Positions 51,617 to 63,999 of a DNA stretch of 64,000 bases are shown one piece after another; position 1 is the stretch's first letter, and the number at the start of each line of letters is the position of its first letter. Origin of the DNA: Candidatus Omnitrophota bacterium. GTDB lineage: Bacteria > Omnitrophota > Gorgyraeia > 2-02-FULL-51-18. The notes under the pieces were generated by a model. That model saw only the letters and a program-made list of their open reading frames with translations. It did no database searches and was not told the DNA's origin. The position numbers were made by a program, and so were the translations under genes. The DNA is taken from positions 931 through 64,930 of the forward strand of contig JACPWF010000036.1 of NCBI GenBank assembly GCA_016197155.1, in the 5' to 3' direction.

Positions 51617-53342
51617 AGACCGCTCTTCGCACGTTCCCACGCGACAGCGTTTTTCCTTTCTCATCTATCCGCGCGTTCTGATCATCGCCGTTATTTTTTC
51701 GGCGGTTTTTTTTCTTTCCCATTTCAACATCCTCGAACGTTTCGAGTGGGTCACCTATGACCTGCGCTCGATTTTAAAAGGCCCGAGGCTTCCTGATCCG
51801 CGCCTGGCGGTGATCGAAATTTCGGACGACAGCGTCGCCCGCATCGGCCGATGGCCGTGGGAGCGGGACTGGCATGCCGCCCTCATCCGGGCGTTAAAGG
51901 AAGCCGGCGCGCGCGCGATTATTTTCGATATTCTTTTCAGTGAACCCAGCGATCCGGCGAAGGATGCGGCCTTTTCTCAAGCCATTGAAGAAGCCGGGAA
52001 CGTTTACCTGGCGGAGGTTGCCGAAAGCGTCTCGCCGCCTCACTCAAAGAAGCTTCTCACGTCGATCGAGGCCTTTGCGAGCCATTCCAAGGGAGCGGGG
52101 CATATCAATCTGGAGCCCGATCGGGACGGCGTCATGCGCCGCATGCCCCTGGTGGTGGAGGCCGGAGGGAAGCGGATCCCTCAGCTGTCGCTTGCGTATT
52201 TACTGGACGAGTACGGGATTTCGGTTGATCAAATTCAATTCAACCGCGGCGAGGCCGTTCTGCCAGTTTCGGGCGGGGGGTTTCGCATTCCGCTGGATGC
52301 GAATGGAAATTTGATCATCGATTGGGCCGGACGTTGGAAAGAAACCTTCCGTCATTTTTCGTACCTCGACGTGATCGGTTCCTACGCCCGGTTCAAAAAA
52401 GGCGAAAAGCCCGCGATCCCTTTGGAGACGTTCAAGAACAAGATTTGTTTTGTGGGCACGTCCGCGGTGGGGCTTTTTGACATCCGCCCCACGCCCCTCG
52501 AGCCGGCGTATCCGGCGGTGGGCGTCAACTTGACGGTGCTCGACAATTTGCTCGGGCGCCATTTTATCCGGCATCTGTGGCCGGTTCAAAATTTTGGCAT
52601 CCTTTTTTTGGCGGCCCTCGTTCTTTTGCAAATCCTCAGCCTGAAAAATTCCCTGAAAGCCGCGCTCGCCACCGTGGGCCTGGCGCTGGGGGTTATTTTT
52701 CTGGCGTCGGCGCTTTTTATTTTTTTCGGCATCTGGGCGGATGTCATTTATCCCCTCGTTTTTATTTTCGCGGCGTATTTTGCCGTGACCCTTTACAATC
52801 AGATCTCCGTGACGATCGAGCGCACGCGGCTTTTGAAGCTGGCGACGCGCGACGCGCTCACCGGTCTTTACAACATCGGCCATTTTAAAATGCTTTTGAA
52901 GGCTGAGATGACGACGTTTGCCATGCGCCGCGAGAAAGAACTTTCGCTTCTCATGGGCGACGTCGACGACTTTAAACACACCAACGACACCTACGGCCAC
53001 CTGGCGGGGGACGCGGTGCTCCGTGCCGTGGCGTCGATCGTGAAGGGCAACTGCCGCGCGCTCGACGTGGCCGCGCGCTACGGCGGCGAGGAATTTATTT
53101 TGATGTTGCCAGGCGCCGGCGAAGAAGAGGCTTTTAAGATTGCCGAGAAGATCCGAAAGTCCGTTCAGCAAAAAGTGTTCGAGCATGAGAAGGGAAATTT
53201 TTCCACCAGCATCAGCATCGGCGTCACCCCGGTCGGCTTGTCCGATCGGGAGGTGGATGCCGTCATTGACCGCGCGGACCGCGCCTTGTACGAGGCCAAG
53301 CGTCTGGGCAAGAACAGGGTTGTTCTCCAAAAAACCCCTTGA
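51600..53342 (+). CDS. CHASE2 sensor domain - transmembrane - GGDEF diguanylate cyclase
   Basis: N-terminal CHASE2 (LAVIEISDDSVARIGRWPWERDWHAALIRAL), 3-4 transmembrane helices, and a C-terminal GGDEF domain with intact RYGGEEF active site and I-site context. Confidence 0.85.
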   Translation: MSPKPEDRSSHVPTRQRFSFLIYPRVLIIAVIFSAVFFLSHFNILERFEWVTYDLRSILKGPRLPDPRLAVIEISDDSVARIGRWPWERDWHAALIRALKEAGARAIIFDILFSEPSDPAKDAAFSQAIEEAGNVYLAEVAESVSPPHSKKLLTSIEAFASHSKGAGHINLEPDRDGVMRRMPLVVEAGGKRIPQLSLAYLLDEYGISVDQIQFNRGEAVLPVSGGGFRIPLDANGNLIIDWAGRWKETFRHFSYLDVIGSYARFKKGEKPAIPLETFKNKICFVGTSAVGLFDIRPTPLEPAYPAVGVNLTVLDNLLGRHFIRHLWPVQNFGILFLAALVLLQILSLKNSLKAALATVGLALGVIFLASALFIFFGIWADVIYPLVFIFAAYFAVTLYNQISVTIERTRLLKLATRDALTGLYNIGHFKMLLKAEMTTFAMRREKELSLLMGDVDDFKHTNDTYGHLAGDAVLRAVASIVKGNCRALDVAARYGGEEFILMLPGAGEEEAFKIAEKIRKSVQQKVFEHEKGNFSTSISIGVTPVGLSDREVDAVIDRADRALYEAKRLGKNRVVLQKTP

Positions 53343-53440
53343 CAGGATTTTCGTCCGCGTGGTATAAAGAGGGCCGCTTTGAGAGACTCATTGAAAAAGT
53401 TGACATAAAAATTTAGAAGACCCGTAACGGATGATAAGAA

Positions 53441-53466
53441 AAGGCATCATCTGATGCCTTTTTTGT
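53441..53466 (+). terminator. Rho-independent terminator downstream of the GGDEF gene and upstream of the rRNA operon
   Basis: AAGGCATCA-tc-TGATGCCTT followed by TTTTTTG. Confidence 0.55.
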
Positions 53467-53608
53467 TGTCTAAAAATTTTATCGTTCTTTCACAATTGAA
53501 TAACCTGTATGATTCGCCGGAGGATGGAGAACACGTCCTTCGGTGGAAGAGTGCGGATTTTCCGTTTCTTATTTGAGCAAACGAAAAATTCCCATATTTT
53601 GGTCAGCT

Positions 53609-53657
53609 CAAACATTTGTCAAAGACAAATGTTTGTCCGCCATGTTTTGTGGCGGAC
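53609..53657 (+). promoter_or_regulatory. rRNA leader: two adjacent perfect hairpins immediately upstream of 16S (candidate processing or antitermination structures)
   Basis: CAAACATTTGTC-aaa-GACAAATGTTTG (12-bp stem) is directly followed by GTCCGCCA-tgttttg-TGGCGGAC (8-bp stem). No clear boxA was recognised. The promoter could not be pinned down. Confidence 0.35.
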
Positions 53658-53685
53658 TTCATTATCTTTGACGCCAATTATTACA

Positions 53686-55042
<1,357 letters not shown>

Positions 55043-55206
55043 AGGAGTATTCTGCTTCGCCACGTCCCTGCCTGCCGGCAGGCAGGCTTAACGGCGTGGC
55101 TTCGCAGAAAGACGATCCGAAATATGGTTTGCACTTTTTCACTTCGGACGCGCCATTTTCCGGCGGGTCATACAGTTTATTCAATTCAATCCATGCGAAC
55201 TGCCTT

Positions 55207-55279
55207 GGGCCAATAGCTCAGTTAGCAGAGCACAGTGCTGATAACGCTGGGGTCAGAGGTGCAATTCCTCTTTGGCCCA
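55207..55279 (+). tRNA. tRNA-Ile (anticodon GAU)
   Basis: GGGCCAATAGCTCAG...CTGATAACGCTGG...TTGGCCCA with a 7-bp acceptor stem. Located in the 16S-23S spacer. Confidence 0.85.
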
Positions 55280-55298
55280 CGATTTTTGTTGTCAGCCC

Positions 55299-55371
55299 GG
55301 GGACGTAGCTCAGTTGGCAGAGCGCCTGATTTGCATTCAGGAGGTTGCCGGTTCGACCCCGGCCGTCTCCA
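55299..55371 (+). tRNA. tRNA-Ala (anticodon UGC)
   Basis: GGGGACGTAGCTCAGTTGGCAGAGCGCCTGATTTGCATTCAGG...GGTTCGACCCCGGCCGTCTCCA. Canonical cloverleaf in the 16S-23S spacer. Confidence 0.9.
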
Positions 55372-57498
55372 AAAAATTTTTTGTTCTTTGACAATTTCAT
55401 AGAGGGTAAGACGAACATCTTCAAGTCATACAGTCCGAAATTAACATTTCAAAATGTTAATTAGGAAAGGTGACTCGAGAAAGACATAAGGTCAAGCTAC
55501 GTAGGGTTTGTGGTGGATGACTAGGTGTCGACAGGCGATGAAGGACGCGGTAAGCGGCGATACGCTTCGGGGAGTCGCAAACAGACTTTGATCCGGAGAT
55601 TTCCGAATGGGGCAACCCCTTACGGCTCATCCCGTAAGATCATCCGCTGAATTCATAGGCGGATGAAGCGATACCCGGGGAAGTGAAACATCTCAGTACC
55701 CGGAGGAAAAGAAAACGAAGATATTCCCCCAGTAGCGGCGAGCGAAAAGGGAATAGCCCAAACCCGTTAAACTTATAGCCTGCAGGCGTTGTTTAGCGGG
55801 GGTTGCGGGGCGTTACCGGACTTCTCTGCATAGAAGTCGCTCTGTTACAAAGTTGCTGCATAATCGAGCGCGTTGGAAAACGCGACTACAAAAGGTGATA
55901 GTCCTGTAGATGAAATGCACGCGACCAGAGCGGGTGACGATCCCAATTACTACCCGACACGGGAAACCGGGTAGGAATTCGGCCGGACCACCGGCCAAGG
56001 CTAAATACTCGTTGGCAACCGATAGTGAACCAGTACCGTGAGGGAAAGTTGAAAAGAACCCAGGAATGGGAGTGAAATAGTACCTGAAACCGCAAACTTG
56101 CAAGCTGTGGGAGCCCTATATACGAAGCGCAAGCGTCGTAAATGGGTGACCGCGTGCCTTTTGCATAATGATCCGGCGAGTCAATCTTTGATGCGAGGTT
56201 AAGGACAACGTGTCCGGAGCCGAAGCGAAAGCGAGTCCTAACTAGGGCGATTTAGTATCAGGGATTGGACCCGAAGCTGAGTGATCTACCCATGGCCAGA
56301 GTGAAGCCTGAGTAAAATCAGGTGGAGGCTCGAACGGGTGACTGTTGAAAAAGTCTCCGATGAGCTGTGGGTCGGAGTGAAAGGCTAATCAAACTCAGTA
56401 ATAGCTGGTTCTCCTCGAAATATCTTTAGGGATAGGCTCGTAACATTGAATACCGGGGGTAGAGTACTCAATGGGCTAGGGACCTCACCAGGTTACCGAA
56501 CCCAATGAAACTCCGAATACCGGTATTTTTACTACGGGGCTCAGAACGCCAGGGCTAAGCTTGGCGCTCAAAAGGGAAAAAGCCCAGACCGCCAGATAAG
56601 GTCCCTAATATTCGCTAAGTGGTAAAGGATGTGAGACCGCGTTAACAACCAGGATGTTGGCTTAGAGGCAGCCATCATTTAAAGAGTGCGTAACAGCTCA
56701 CTGGTCGATTGTGGTCTTGCGCCGACAATGATCGGGGCTCAAGCGAATAACCGAATCTGCGGATTCATTTTGTCTTCGGACAGAGTGAGTGGTAGGGGAG
56801 CGTTCCACAATAGGCTGAAGGCATACCGTAAGGAGTGCTGGACGAAGTGGAAGTGATTATGCCGGAATGAGTAGCGAAAAAACACGTGGAAAACGTGTTC
56901 GCCGAAAGTCTAAGGTTTCCTGGGGAAGGTTAATCCACCCAGGGTTAGTCGATCCTAAGCTGAGGCCGAAAGGCGTAAGTGATGGACAATGCGTTAATAT
57001 TCGCATACCACCTATTTTGCGTTACCAACTGGTCAGGGACGCAGGAGGCTAAGCAATCAGGCTGTTGGATGTGCCTGTTTGGATCCGTACCCGTGCCCGC
57101 GAGGGCATGGAGAGGGATTCGAGGAGTCAAAGCTACGGCTGAGATAAACTTGCTGACGCCACACTGTCGAGAAAATCTGATCGTGTGAGTGAGATAGGTG
57201 ATCGTACCGCAAACCGACACAGGTAGACGAGGATAAATGTCCTCAGGCGCTCGAGAGAACCGTTCTTAAGGAACTCTGCAATCTAGCCCCGTAACTTCGG
57301 AATAAGGGGTGCCTTATTTTGTGGTGCGCCATACGGCGCATTGCATCGTAAGGTCGCAGTGAAATGGGCGCCGCGACTGTTTAGCAAAAACTCATCTCTC
57401 TGCAAAGTCGCATCATAAGACGACGTATAGGGAGTGACACCTGCCCGGTACTGGAAGGTTAAAGAGAGGGGTTATCCGTAAGGAGAAGCTCCGAACCG

Positions 57499-57810
<312 letters not shown>

Positions 57811-57824
57811 AACGGTCCTAAGGT

Positions 57825-58491
57825 TAGTAACGCTAGCCTGCTTCGATGGTAACATCGAAGGTAATATTCAACTATATGCGGGAAACTCTTCAAAAGATGC
57901 TGGTACTCGTTGATCTTCGGATGCAACAGTAAAAAACCAACATACAAGGAGACAATCCGCAGGGAAGGCATAGAAAACTATGAACCCTCAGAGACTACAA
58001 GTTGAATATCCGGAAAGTCACGAGACTTTATTGAGTCCGGATTGGTTGGTGGGTTTCGTGGATGGCGAAGGTTGTTTTCACGTCGGAATAAGCAAACACA
58101 ACGAGGTCAAATTCGGTTACCAGATTTTGCCGGAGCTGACGGTTGTTCAGCATCAAAGTGATATCGCTCTTCTTCATCGAATACGCACATTTATGCAGTG
58201 CGGCGTGGTGAGAAGAAATCATGGAGATCGCTATTGCTGGCGAGTTCGAGATTTAAAAAATCTCACTCAGATTATTCTGCCGTTTTTTCAAAAGCATCCT
58301 TTGAGGTCCAAGAAAAACATCGAATTCGAAAAGTTCGCTGATGTCGTTCGCCGAATGCAAAAAGGTGAACATTTAACAGCGGACGGATTTAATAAAATTG
58401 TGACTCTCGCTTCAAGCATGAATAAAAAACATGATAGGAGCGAACGGATAAAGATAGAGTCCGAACCGTGATGAAACTCATGGATAATTCG
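57825..58491 (+). mobile_element. Group I intron at 23S position L1931 carrying a LAGLIDADG homing endonuclease gene
   Basis: Follows the 14-nt micro-exon AACGGTCCTAAGGT (positions 1918-1931) and ends ...GGATAATTCG before AGCGAAATTCC. Contains the ORF 57980-58471. Confidence 0.7.
57980..58471 (+). CDS. LAGLIDADG homing endonuclease (single-motif, I-CreI-like), encoded in the L1931 intron
   Basis: LVGFVDGEGCFHVGISKHNEVKFGYQILPELTVVQHQSDIALLHRIRTFMQCGVV... 163 aa. An RBS-like GGGAAGG lies upstream. Local GC is about 40%, versus about 62% for the genome. Confidence 0.85.
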   Translation: MNPQRLQVEYPESHETLLSPDWLVGFVDGEGCFHVGISKHNEVKFGYQILPELTVVQHQSDIALLHRIRTFMQCGVVRRNHGDRYCWRVRDLKNLTQIILPFFQKHPLRSKKNIEFEKFADVVRRMQKGEHLTADGFNKIVTLASSMNKKHDRSERIKIESEP

Positions 58492-58541
<50 letters not shown>

Positions 58542-59048
58542 TGGTGCCGCTGTCTCAAGAACGGACTCGGTGAAATTGTAGCGGCGGTGAAGATGCCGTC
58601 TACCCGCAGCTAGACGAAAAGACCCCGGAACCTTTACTGTACTCTGGTATCGATCTTTGGTCCGCTATGTGTAGGATAGTTGGGAGGCTTTGAGGCCCTG
58701 CCGCTAGGTAGGGCGGAGCCAACGTTGAAATACCAACCTTAGTATACTAGGGATCTAACCCCAGACTCTAAATCGAGTTGGGGGACTGTGCCAGACGGGC
58801 AGTTTGACTGGGGCGGTTTCCTCCTAAAGAGTAACGGAGGAGTGCAAAGGTTCCTTCAGTGCGGTTGGCAATCGCACGCTGAGTGTAATAGCATAAAGGA
58901 GCTTAACTGCGAGACTCACAAGTCGAGCAGGTAGGAAACTAGGCTATAATGATCCGGCGCTTTCTAGTGGTAGAGGCGTCGCTCAACGGATAATAGGTAC
59001 TCCGGGGATAACAGGCTTATCGGGTCCAAGAGTTCATATCGACGACCC

Positions 59049-59086
<38 letters not shown>

Positions 59087-59164
59087 GTGGAGAAGCTCCC
59101 AAGGGTCCGTCTGTTCGCCGGTTAAAGTGGTACGTGAGCTGGGTTCAGAACGTCGTGAGACAGT

Positions 59165-59915
59165 AAAAAGACTAAAAAGTCACCTTGCTGTCATAAAATC
59201 TAGCTATATGCTGGAAAATCCCGTGTATCCCACACTACTCGCCGCGGGCGAGTGAAAATGTGTTGGGTGGGGACAATCAGCAGGAAAGGTTGAGAAAGTG
59301 GACGCTTCCTACATCGTAGGTTTTGTCGATGGTGAGGGTAGCTTTCATGTTGCTTTTCAAAAACGTCCTGAGTTGAAATTTGGATGGCAGGCCATCCCGG
59401 AATTTCATATCAGTCAGAATTTCACGAGTCGTGAAGTTTTGGAGGAGATTAAAAATTTCTTCGGATGTGGTTACATCAAAGCAAATGATGCTCCCGGAAA
59501 ACGCGATAAAACACTGGTGTATGTCGTTCGGGATCGAAATGATCTTCAGAACAAAGTCGTTCCATTTTTTCGGAAATTTCCATTACACACCGCAAAGCGC
59601 GGTGATTTTGAAATTTTCCAAGAGATAGTCCAAATGATGACAATGGATCGGCATTTGACTTCATTGGGGTTTCAAAAAATAGTTCGATTGGCATTCAGAA
59701 TGAATGCGAATGGAAAATACCGGAAGTTAAATATCAATTCGATATTGACGCCCAACATCCTCAGAGACTATACGCTGGATGCCCAAGTAATTGGGTAAAG
59801 ATATAGTCCGATCTTCGTGGCGACATGAAGACTCACGGAGAAATTTGTGAGCGCCCACCAAAGATCTGTGGCGGGTTAGTATTCGTAGAATATTTACGAA
59901 GAAGTAACATAAATG
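59165..59915 (+). mobile_element. Group I intron in 23S domain V (after GAGACAGT; approx. E. coli position 2604, about 11 nt 3' of the classic L2593 site) carrying a LAGLIDADG homing endonuclease gene
   Basis: Exon ...CGTCGTGAGACAGT | 751-nt intron ending ...CATAAATG | TCGGTCTCTATCTGC... Position estimated by counting 49 nt back from the sarcin-ricin loop. Confidence 0.7.
59298..59798 (+). CDS. LAGLIDADG homing endonuclease (single-motif), encoded in the domain V intron
   Basis: GTG start after AGGAAAGG. IVGFVDGEGSFHVAFQKRPELKFGWQAIPEFHISQNFTSREVLEEIKNFFGCGYI... 166 aa. Paralogous to the ORF at 57980-58471. Confidence 0.85.
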   Translation: MDASYIVGFVDGEGSFHVAFQKRPELKFGWQAIPEFHISQNFTSREVLEEIKNFFGCGYIKANDAPGKRDKTLVYVVRDRNDLQNKVVPFFRKFPLHTAKRGDFEIFQEIVQMMTMDRHLTSLGFQKIVRLAFRMNANGKYRKLNINSILTPNILRDYTLDAQVIG

Positions 59916-60277
59916 TCGGTCTCTATCTGCTGCGGGCGCAGGATATTTGAAAGGATCATTCTCTAGTACGAGAGGACCGAGAATGACGAACCTCTGGTGT
60001 TCCAGCCGTGCCGCCAGGTGCGAGAGCTGGGTAGCTATGTTCGGAAAGGATAAGCACTGAAAGCATCTAAGTGCCAAGCCCCCCTTGAGATAAGATATCC
60101 CTGTCGCCGAAAGGCGACCTAAAGACCCCACGTAGATCACGTGGTTGATAGGCCAGGTGTGTAAGAGCCGCAAGGCTTTCAGCTTACTGGTACTAATTGG
60201 TCGTGAGGCTTGACCTACAATATTTGTAGGAACAAATCCGTCTTTCACTCTATGAAATTGTCAAAGCACAAACAAGC

Positions 60278-60396
60278 TTGCTGGTGACCATAGCGGAGGG
60301 GTCACACCCGTTCCCATTCCGAATACGGCAGTTAAGCCCTCCAGCGCCGATGGTACTTGTGGGGCAACTCACTGGGAGAGTAGGTCGTCGCCGGCA
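60278..60396 (+). rRNA. rrf: 5S rRNA
   Basis: ...TGGTGACCATAGCGGAGGGGTCACACCCGTTCCCATTCCGAACACGGCAGTTAAGCCC...GGGAGAGTAGGTCGTCGCCGGCA. Ends are approximate (+/- 3 nt). Confidence 0.85.
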
Positions 60397-60412
60397 TTTT
60401 TTAAAAAAAGAG

Positions 60413-60447
60413 AGAGGACTGGCTCACAAGGCCTGTCCTCTTTTTTT
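60413..60447 (+). terminator. Rho-independent terminator of the rRNA operon
   Basis: GAGGACTGGCtcacaaGGCCTGTCCTC imperfect hairpin followed by TTTTTTT. Confidence 0.5.
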
Positions 60448-60497
60448 GTTTTGAAGCGGCTGATTGACAAAGCGCCCGCGACACGGGATAATGACGC

Positions 60498-60929
60498 GTG
60501 ATGGAATGGCTGAACATTGATTTTTGGTTGAAGGTGGCGCTCTGCATCGTGTGCGGCACGGCCGTGGGGCTTGAACGCCAGCTTCAGAGAAAGCCCACCG
60601 ACATCCGGACCTGTGTGCTCATCTGCCTGGGGACGATGACCTTCGTTTATCTGGGGACGCTCCTGGCGGGAAACCAGGATCCCACTCGCGTGCTGGGGCA
60701 GGTCGTGACGGGCATCGGTTTCCTGGGCGCGGGCGCGATCTTTAACCGCGAGGGACTCGTCGTCGGCCTCACCTCGGCGTCCGTCGTCTGGATGCTCGCG
60801 GCCATCGGAGCCGCCGTCGGGCTTGACCGATTCGGGATCGGCATCACGCTGACGCTCGTCACTCTTTTTGTTCTCATCGCCCTCCACTGGCTCGAAAATA
60901 ACGTCCTCATCCTCAAAAAGCGCGCCTAG
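60498..60929 (+). CDS. MgtC/SapB family membrane protein
   Basis: 143 aa with 4 transmembrane helices. GLERQLQRKPTDIRTCVLICLG matches the MgtC N-terminal signature. Confidence 0.7.
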   Translation: MMEWLNIDFWLKVALCIVCGTAVGLERQLQRKPTDIRTCVLICLGTMTFVYLGTLLAGNQDPTRVLGQVVTGIGFLGAGAIFNREGLVVGLTSASVVWMLAAIGAAVGLDRFGIGITLTLVTLFVLIALHWLENNVLILKKRA

Positions 60930-60931
60930 TT

Positions 60932-61546
60932 TTGCTCGACCTCTTTGATTCTTCGCGGAATAAAATTTTAGAAGCGGCGGCTTACGCGGAATTTAAAGCG
61001 GGGCTGGCCGCGTCCGGTTGCCAACGCTGTGCGCTGGCGAATTCACGCACGCAGATCGTCGTGGACCGCGGCAATCCCGACGCCAAGGTGGTCATGATCG
61101 GCGAGGCGCCGGGTGAAAACGAGGACCTGCAGGGCAAGGCCTTTGTCGGCCGCGCGGGCCGGCTCCTCGACGAACTTTTGAAAGAGCTGGGTTTCGACAC
61201 CAACCGCGACAGCCTCATCGTGAATGTCGTGAAATGCCGCCCGCCGGACAACCGCGCCCCCGATCCGCGGGAGGCCGAACAGTGCGCCCCCTTTTTAAAA
61301 AGACAGCTCGAGCTCGTGAAGCCGCGGATCATTCTTCTCCTGGGCGCCACCGCGCTCAGGCACCTCGTGCCGGGAAAGAAAGGATTTTCAATGCGGGAGG
61401 AGGCGGGGAAATTTTTCAGTCATCCGGAATACCCGGGCGTCGAGTTCATGGTGCTGTACCACCCGGCCTATATTTTACGCGACATGCGGAAAAAACCGGT
61501 GATGGTCGAGCATCCGAAACGCTTCAGGGAGAAATGGCTCGGCTAG
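60932..61546 (+). CDS. Uracil-DNA glycosylase, family 4 (4Fe-4S type)
   Basis: [54 protein letters not shown]...VVKCRPP is the UDG family 4 signature. Confidence 0.85.
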   Translation: MLDLFDSSRNKILEAAAYAEFKAGLAASGCQRCALANSRTQIVVDRGNPDAKVVMIGEAPGENEDLQGKAFVGRAGRLLDELLKELGFDTNRDSLIVNVVKCRPPDNRAPDPREAEQCAPFLKRQLELVKPRIILLLGATALRHLVPGKKGFSMREEAGKFFSHPEYPGVEFMVLYHPAYILRDMRKKPVMVEHPKRFREKWLG

Positions 61547-61549
61547 CCG

Positions 61550-61987
61550 CTAGGCCGGCGCCGGAAAATGAGCCGCGAATTGTTCGATCCATTTCAAAGC
61601 GGCCTCTTCCTCGGAGACGTCGCGGCCCGTTTCGCGCGCGAGCGCGCGGCGGTATTCGATGATCTCGAGCGCCTGTTCGGCGAGCCTGGCCCTGAACGCG
61701 CTCGGCGGATCGACGAAGAGAATGCCGTTGCGGAACTTGCCCGTTTTCCGGTCCTCCAGCGAATAAACCACCCGGCCTTTCACGTCAAAAATTTTCTCTT
61801 TGACGGCGATGAAAAGCCGGATTGTGTTTCCTTTGGAGAGCTTGCGTTTCCACAGGAAGCTCAAGCCTCCCAGCGAAATGTCGGCGGCCTCGGAAACCCA
61901 GGGGTCGGTGCGGCTGTCGAGCTCGAGTTTGATCGGGGAGTGAATGGGATGTCTGAAAAATTTGCGTTTTTCAGAGGTCTTTGGCAT
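61550..61987 (-). CDS. PilZ domain protein (c-di-GMP receptor)
   Basis: RKFFRHP (RxxxR) and DISLGG (DxSxGG) motifs. It is the only confidently called gene on the - strand in this window. Confidence 0.75.
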   Translation of the reverse strand: MPKTSEKRKFFRHPIHSPIKLELDSRTDPWVSEAADISLGGLSFLWKRKLSKGNTIRLFIAVKEKIFDVKGRVVYSLEDRKTGKFRNGILFVDPPSAFRARLAEQALEIIEYRRALARETGRDVSEEEAALKWIEQFAAHFPAPA

Positions 61988-62039
61988 GGGGCCATTATAT
62001 CAGGTTGAGGTTTCGTCAACAATTATATATAATGCGCTC

Positions 62040-62735
62040 ATGCCGCCGGCCGCTCACAGGGAAAGACATTTCGAATCCACCGCAACGGTGCGTGACATCG
62101 TCATCGGGATGGCCGACGGCCTCACCGTGCCCTTTGCGCTAGCCGCGGGCCTGTCGGGTGTCGCGGCCTCCTCCGCGATTATCGTGACGGCGGGACTGGC
62201 CGAGATCGCGGCGGGCTCCATCGCGATGGGACTCGGCGGGTATCTGGCGGCGCGCACCGACTATGAGCATTACATGACCGAGAGGGAACGCGAGGTCCGG
62301 GAGGCCCAGGAGATCCCCGACCAGGAAGCCCGGGAAGTCGCCGATATTTTTAAGACCTACGGCATGACCGATGAGCAAATCGCGCCCGTCCTTTCCTTTT
62401 TTCGCTCGAAGCCTTCGCTGTGGGTGGACTTCATGATGCGGTTTGAATTGGGACTGGAAAAACCCGATGTCATGCGGGGGCCGAAAAGCGCTTTGACGAT
62501 CGGCGCCTCTTACGCCGCCGGGGGACTCATCCCGCTTTTTCCGTACATGCTGTTTTCCGACGGTTTATCCGCGCTAAAGATCTCGGTCCTGGCGACGGTC
62601 GCGGCCCTTTTTGTGCTGGGTTATGTCAAGGGCCGTTTCACGGGGACCCGCGCGGTTCGGGCGGCCCTTCAGACGACGGCCATCGGGGCCCTGGCGGCCG
62701 CGGCGGCGTTCGGGATCGCGCGTTTAATCAGTTAA
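62040..62735 (+). CDS. VIT1/CCC1 family (DUF125) iron/manganese transporter
   Basis: TVRDIVIGMADGLTVPFALAAGLSG...five transmembrane segments...GALAAAAAFGIARLI. ATG at 62040. Confidence 0.75.
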   Translation: MPPAAHRERHFESTATVRDIVIGMADGLTVPFALAAGLSGVAASSAIIVTAGLAEIAAGSIAMGLGGYLAARTDYEHYMTEREREVREAQEIPDQEAREVADIFKTYGMTDEQIAPVLSFFRSKPSLWVDFMMRFELGLEKPDVMRGPKSALTIGASYAAGGLIPLFPYMLFSDGLSALKISVLATVAALFVLGYVKGRFTGTRAVRAALQTTAIGALAAAAAFGIARLIS

Positions 62736-63061
62736 GTCATTAAAATAAAAATTAAAATAAAGCTTGACTGGACGCGGGGGAGATGGTAGGCTTTCGTCAG
62801 TTAGTCGTGTAGGACAGGATGGTTTTTTAGGCTTGTGCAGGAACACCGAATAAACCGTGAACGACTCGTTCGCGGTTTTTTGTTTTTTGACGGCGAAAAA
62901 ACTCTTCCATCGAAGTCCGCCACAGAGCATCGGCGGATTCGTCCACACTGCTCCGGCGATGCTTTGTGGACGGATTCGCCGTCGCATTGTGGCGAACGCG
63001 GCGGCCCGCCAATGGGTTTGGCGGGTTTCAATTAAGCAGGTTGTAACAAAGAGGATGTCAA

Positions 63062-63268
63062 ATGGCAAGAGGCACTATCAAGTGGTTTAGCGACCAAAAG
63101 GGCTATGGATTTATCACTCCGGACGGCGGAAAAAAGGACGTTTTCGTCCACTTTTCGGCGCTCCAAGGGGAGGGATTCAAGTCCCTTCGCGAGGGTGAGA
63201 TCGTGGAATTTGAAGTCACGACCGGCCCCAAGGGCGAGCAAGCCGCGAACGTCAGAAAACTTTCATAA
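63062..63268 (+). CDS. cspA: Cold-shock protein (CspA family)
   Basis: [34 protein letters not shown]..., with RNP1/RNP2 motifs. Preceded by a long structured 5' UTR-like region (62760-63060). Confidence 0.9.
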   Translation: MARGTIKWFSDQKGYGFITPDGGKKDVFVHFSALQGEGFKSLREGEIVEFEVTTGPKGEQAANVRKLS

Positions 63269-63657
63269 GTTTTGATCTGACAACGGGTCCCCGTTCTTCC
63301 GATTCATCGGGAGAGCGGGGATTTTGTTTTCCCACGCCCTTGACAAAGACCCTCTCATCGGGTAACTTTGCCTTTTATATGAATGCGGAACGAAATCAAA
63401 GCGAAAGCCTGCTGATAAAATCAGCAGGCATTTTTAGTTTGATGGGATATTCATTTAGAAAACCCTTTAAAAAGGGAAGGAGAGTCCGATGAAGGACCTG
63501 CAGGCATTCACACGTTTTAACCCGCTCTACGGGGACGATGCGCCGGTCGTGCGCAAAGGAAATTCACACCGATTGTCGTTTGTGCGATTGAGAATGTATT
63601 CTCTCGCCTAAAGATGTTTGAGGGATAGCGCCGTCCTGTGTTATAATCCGTGGCACG

Positions 63658-63999
63658 ATGTCCGGTCACTCCAAATGGGCCACGATCAAACACAAAAAGG
63701 GCGCGCTTGATGCCAAGCGCGGCGCCATCTTCACCAAACTCATTAAAGAAATCACCGTCGCCGCCAGAGCCGGCGGCGGCAGTCCCGAATCCAATCCGCG
63801 CCTCCGCACGGTGATCGCCAAAGCCAAAGAGGCGAACATGCCCTCGGACAACATCGAGCGGGCGATCAAAAAAGGCACGGGCGAATTGCCGGGCGTGACG
63901 TACGAGGAAGTGACTTACGAAGGTTACGGCCCGGCGGGGGTCGCGATTTTGATCGAGGCGATGACCGACAATAAAAACCGCACGGCCGCCGAGATCCGG
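63658..63999 (+). CDS. yebC: YebC/PmpR family probable transcriptional regulator (3' end outside the window)
   Basis: [57 protein letters not shown]... Confidence 0.85.
   Translation, partial: MSGHSKWATIKHKKGALDAKRGAIFTKLIKEITVAARAGGGSPESNPRLRTVIAKAKEANMPSDNIERAIKKGTGELPGVTYEEVTYEGYGPAGVAILIEAMTDNKNRTAAEIR

Noticed and set aside
53339-53368. TTGACA-N18-TATAAA as the rRNA P1 promoter
   Set aside because: A canonical rho-independent terminator (53441-53466) lies between it and the 16S gene. It may be real but cannot be the main rrn promoter. Left as a low-confidence note in findings.
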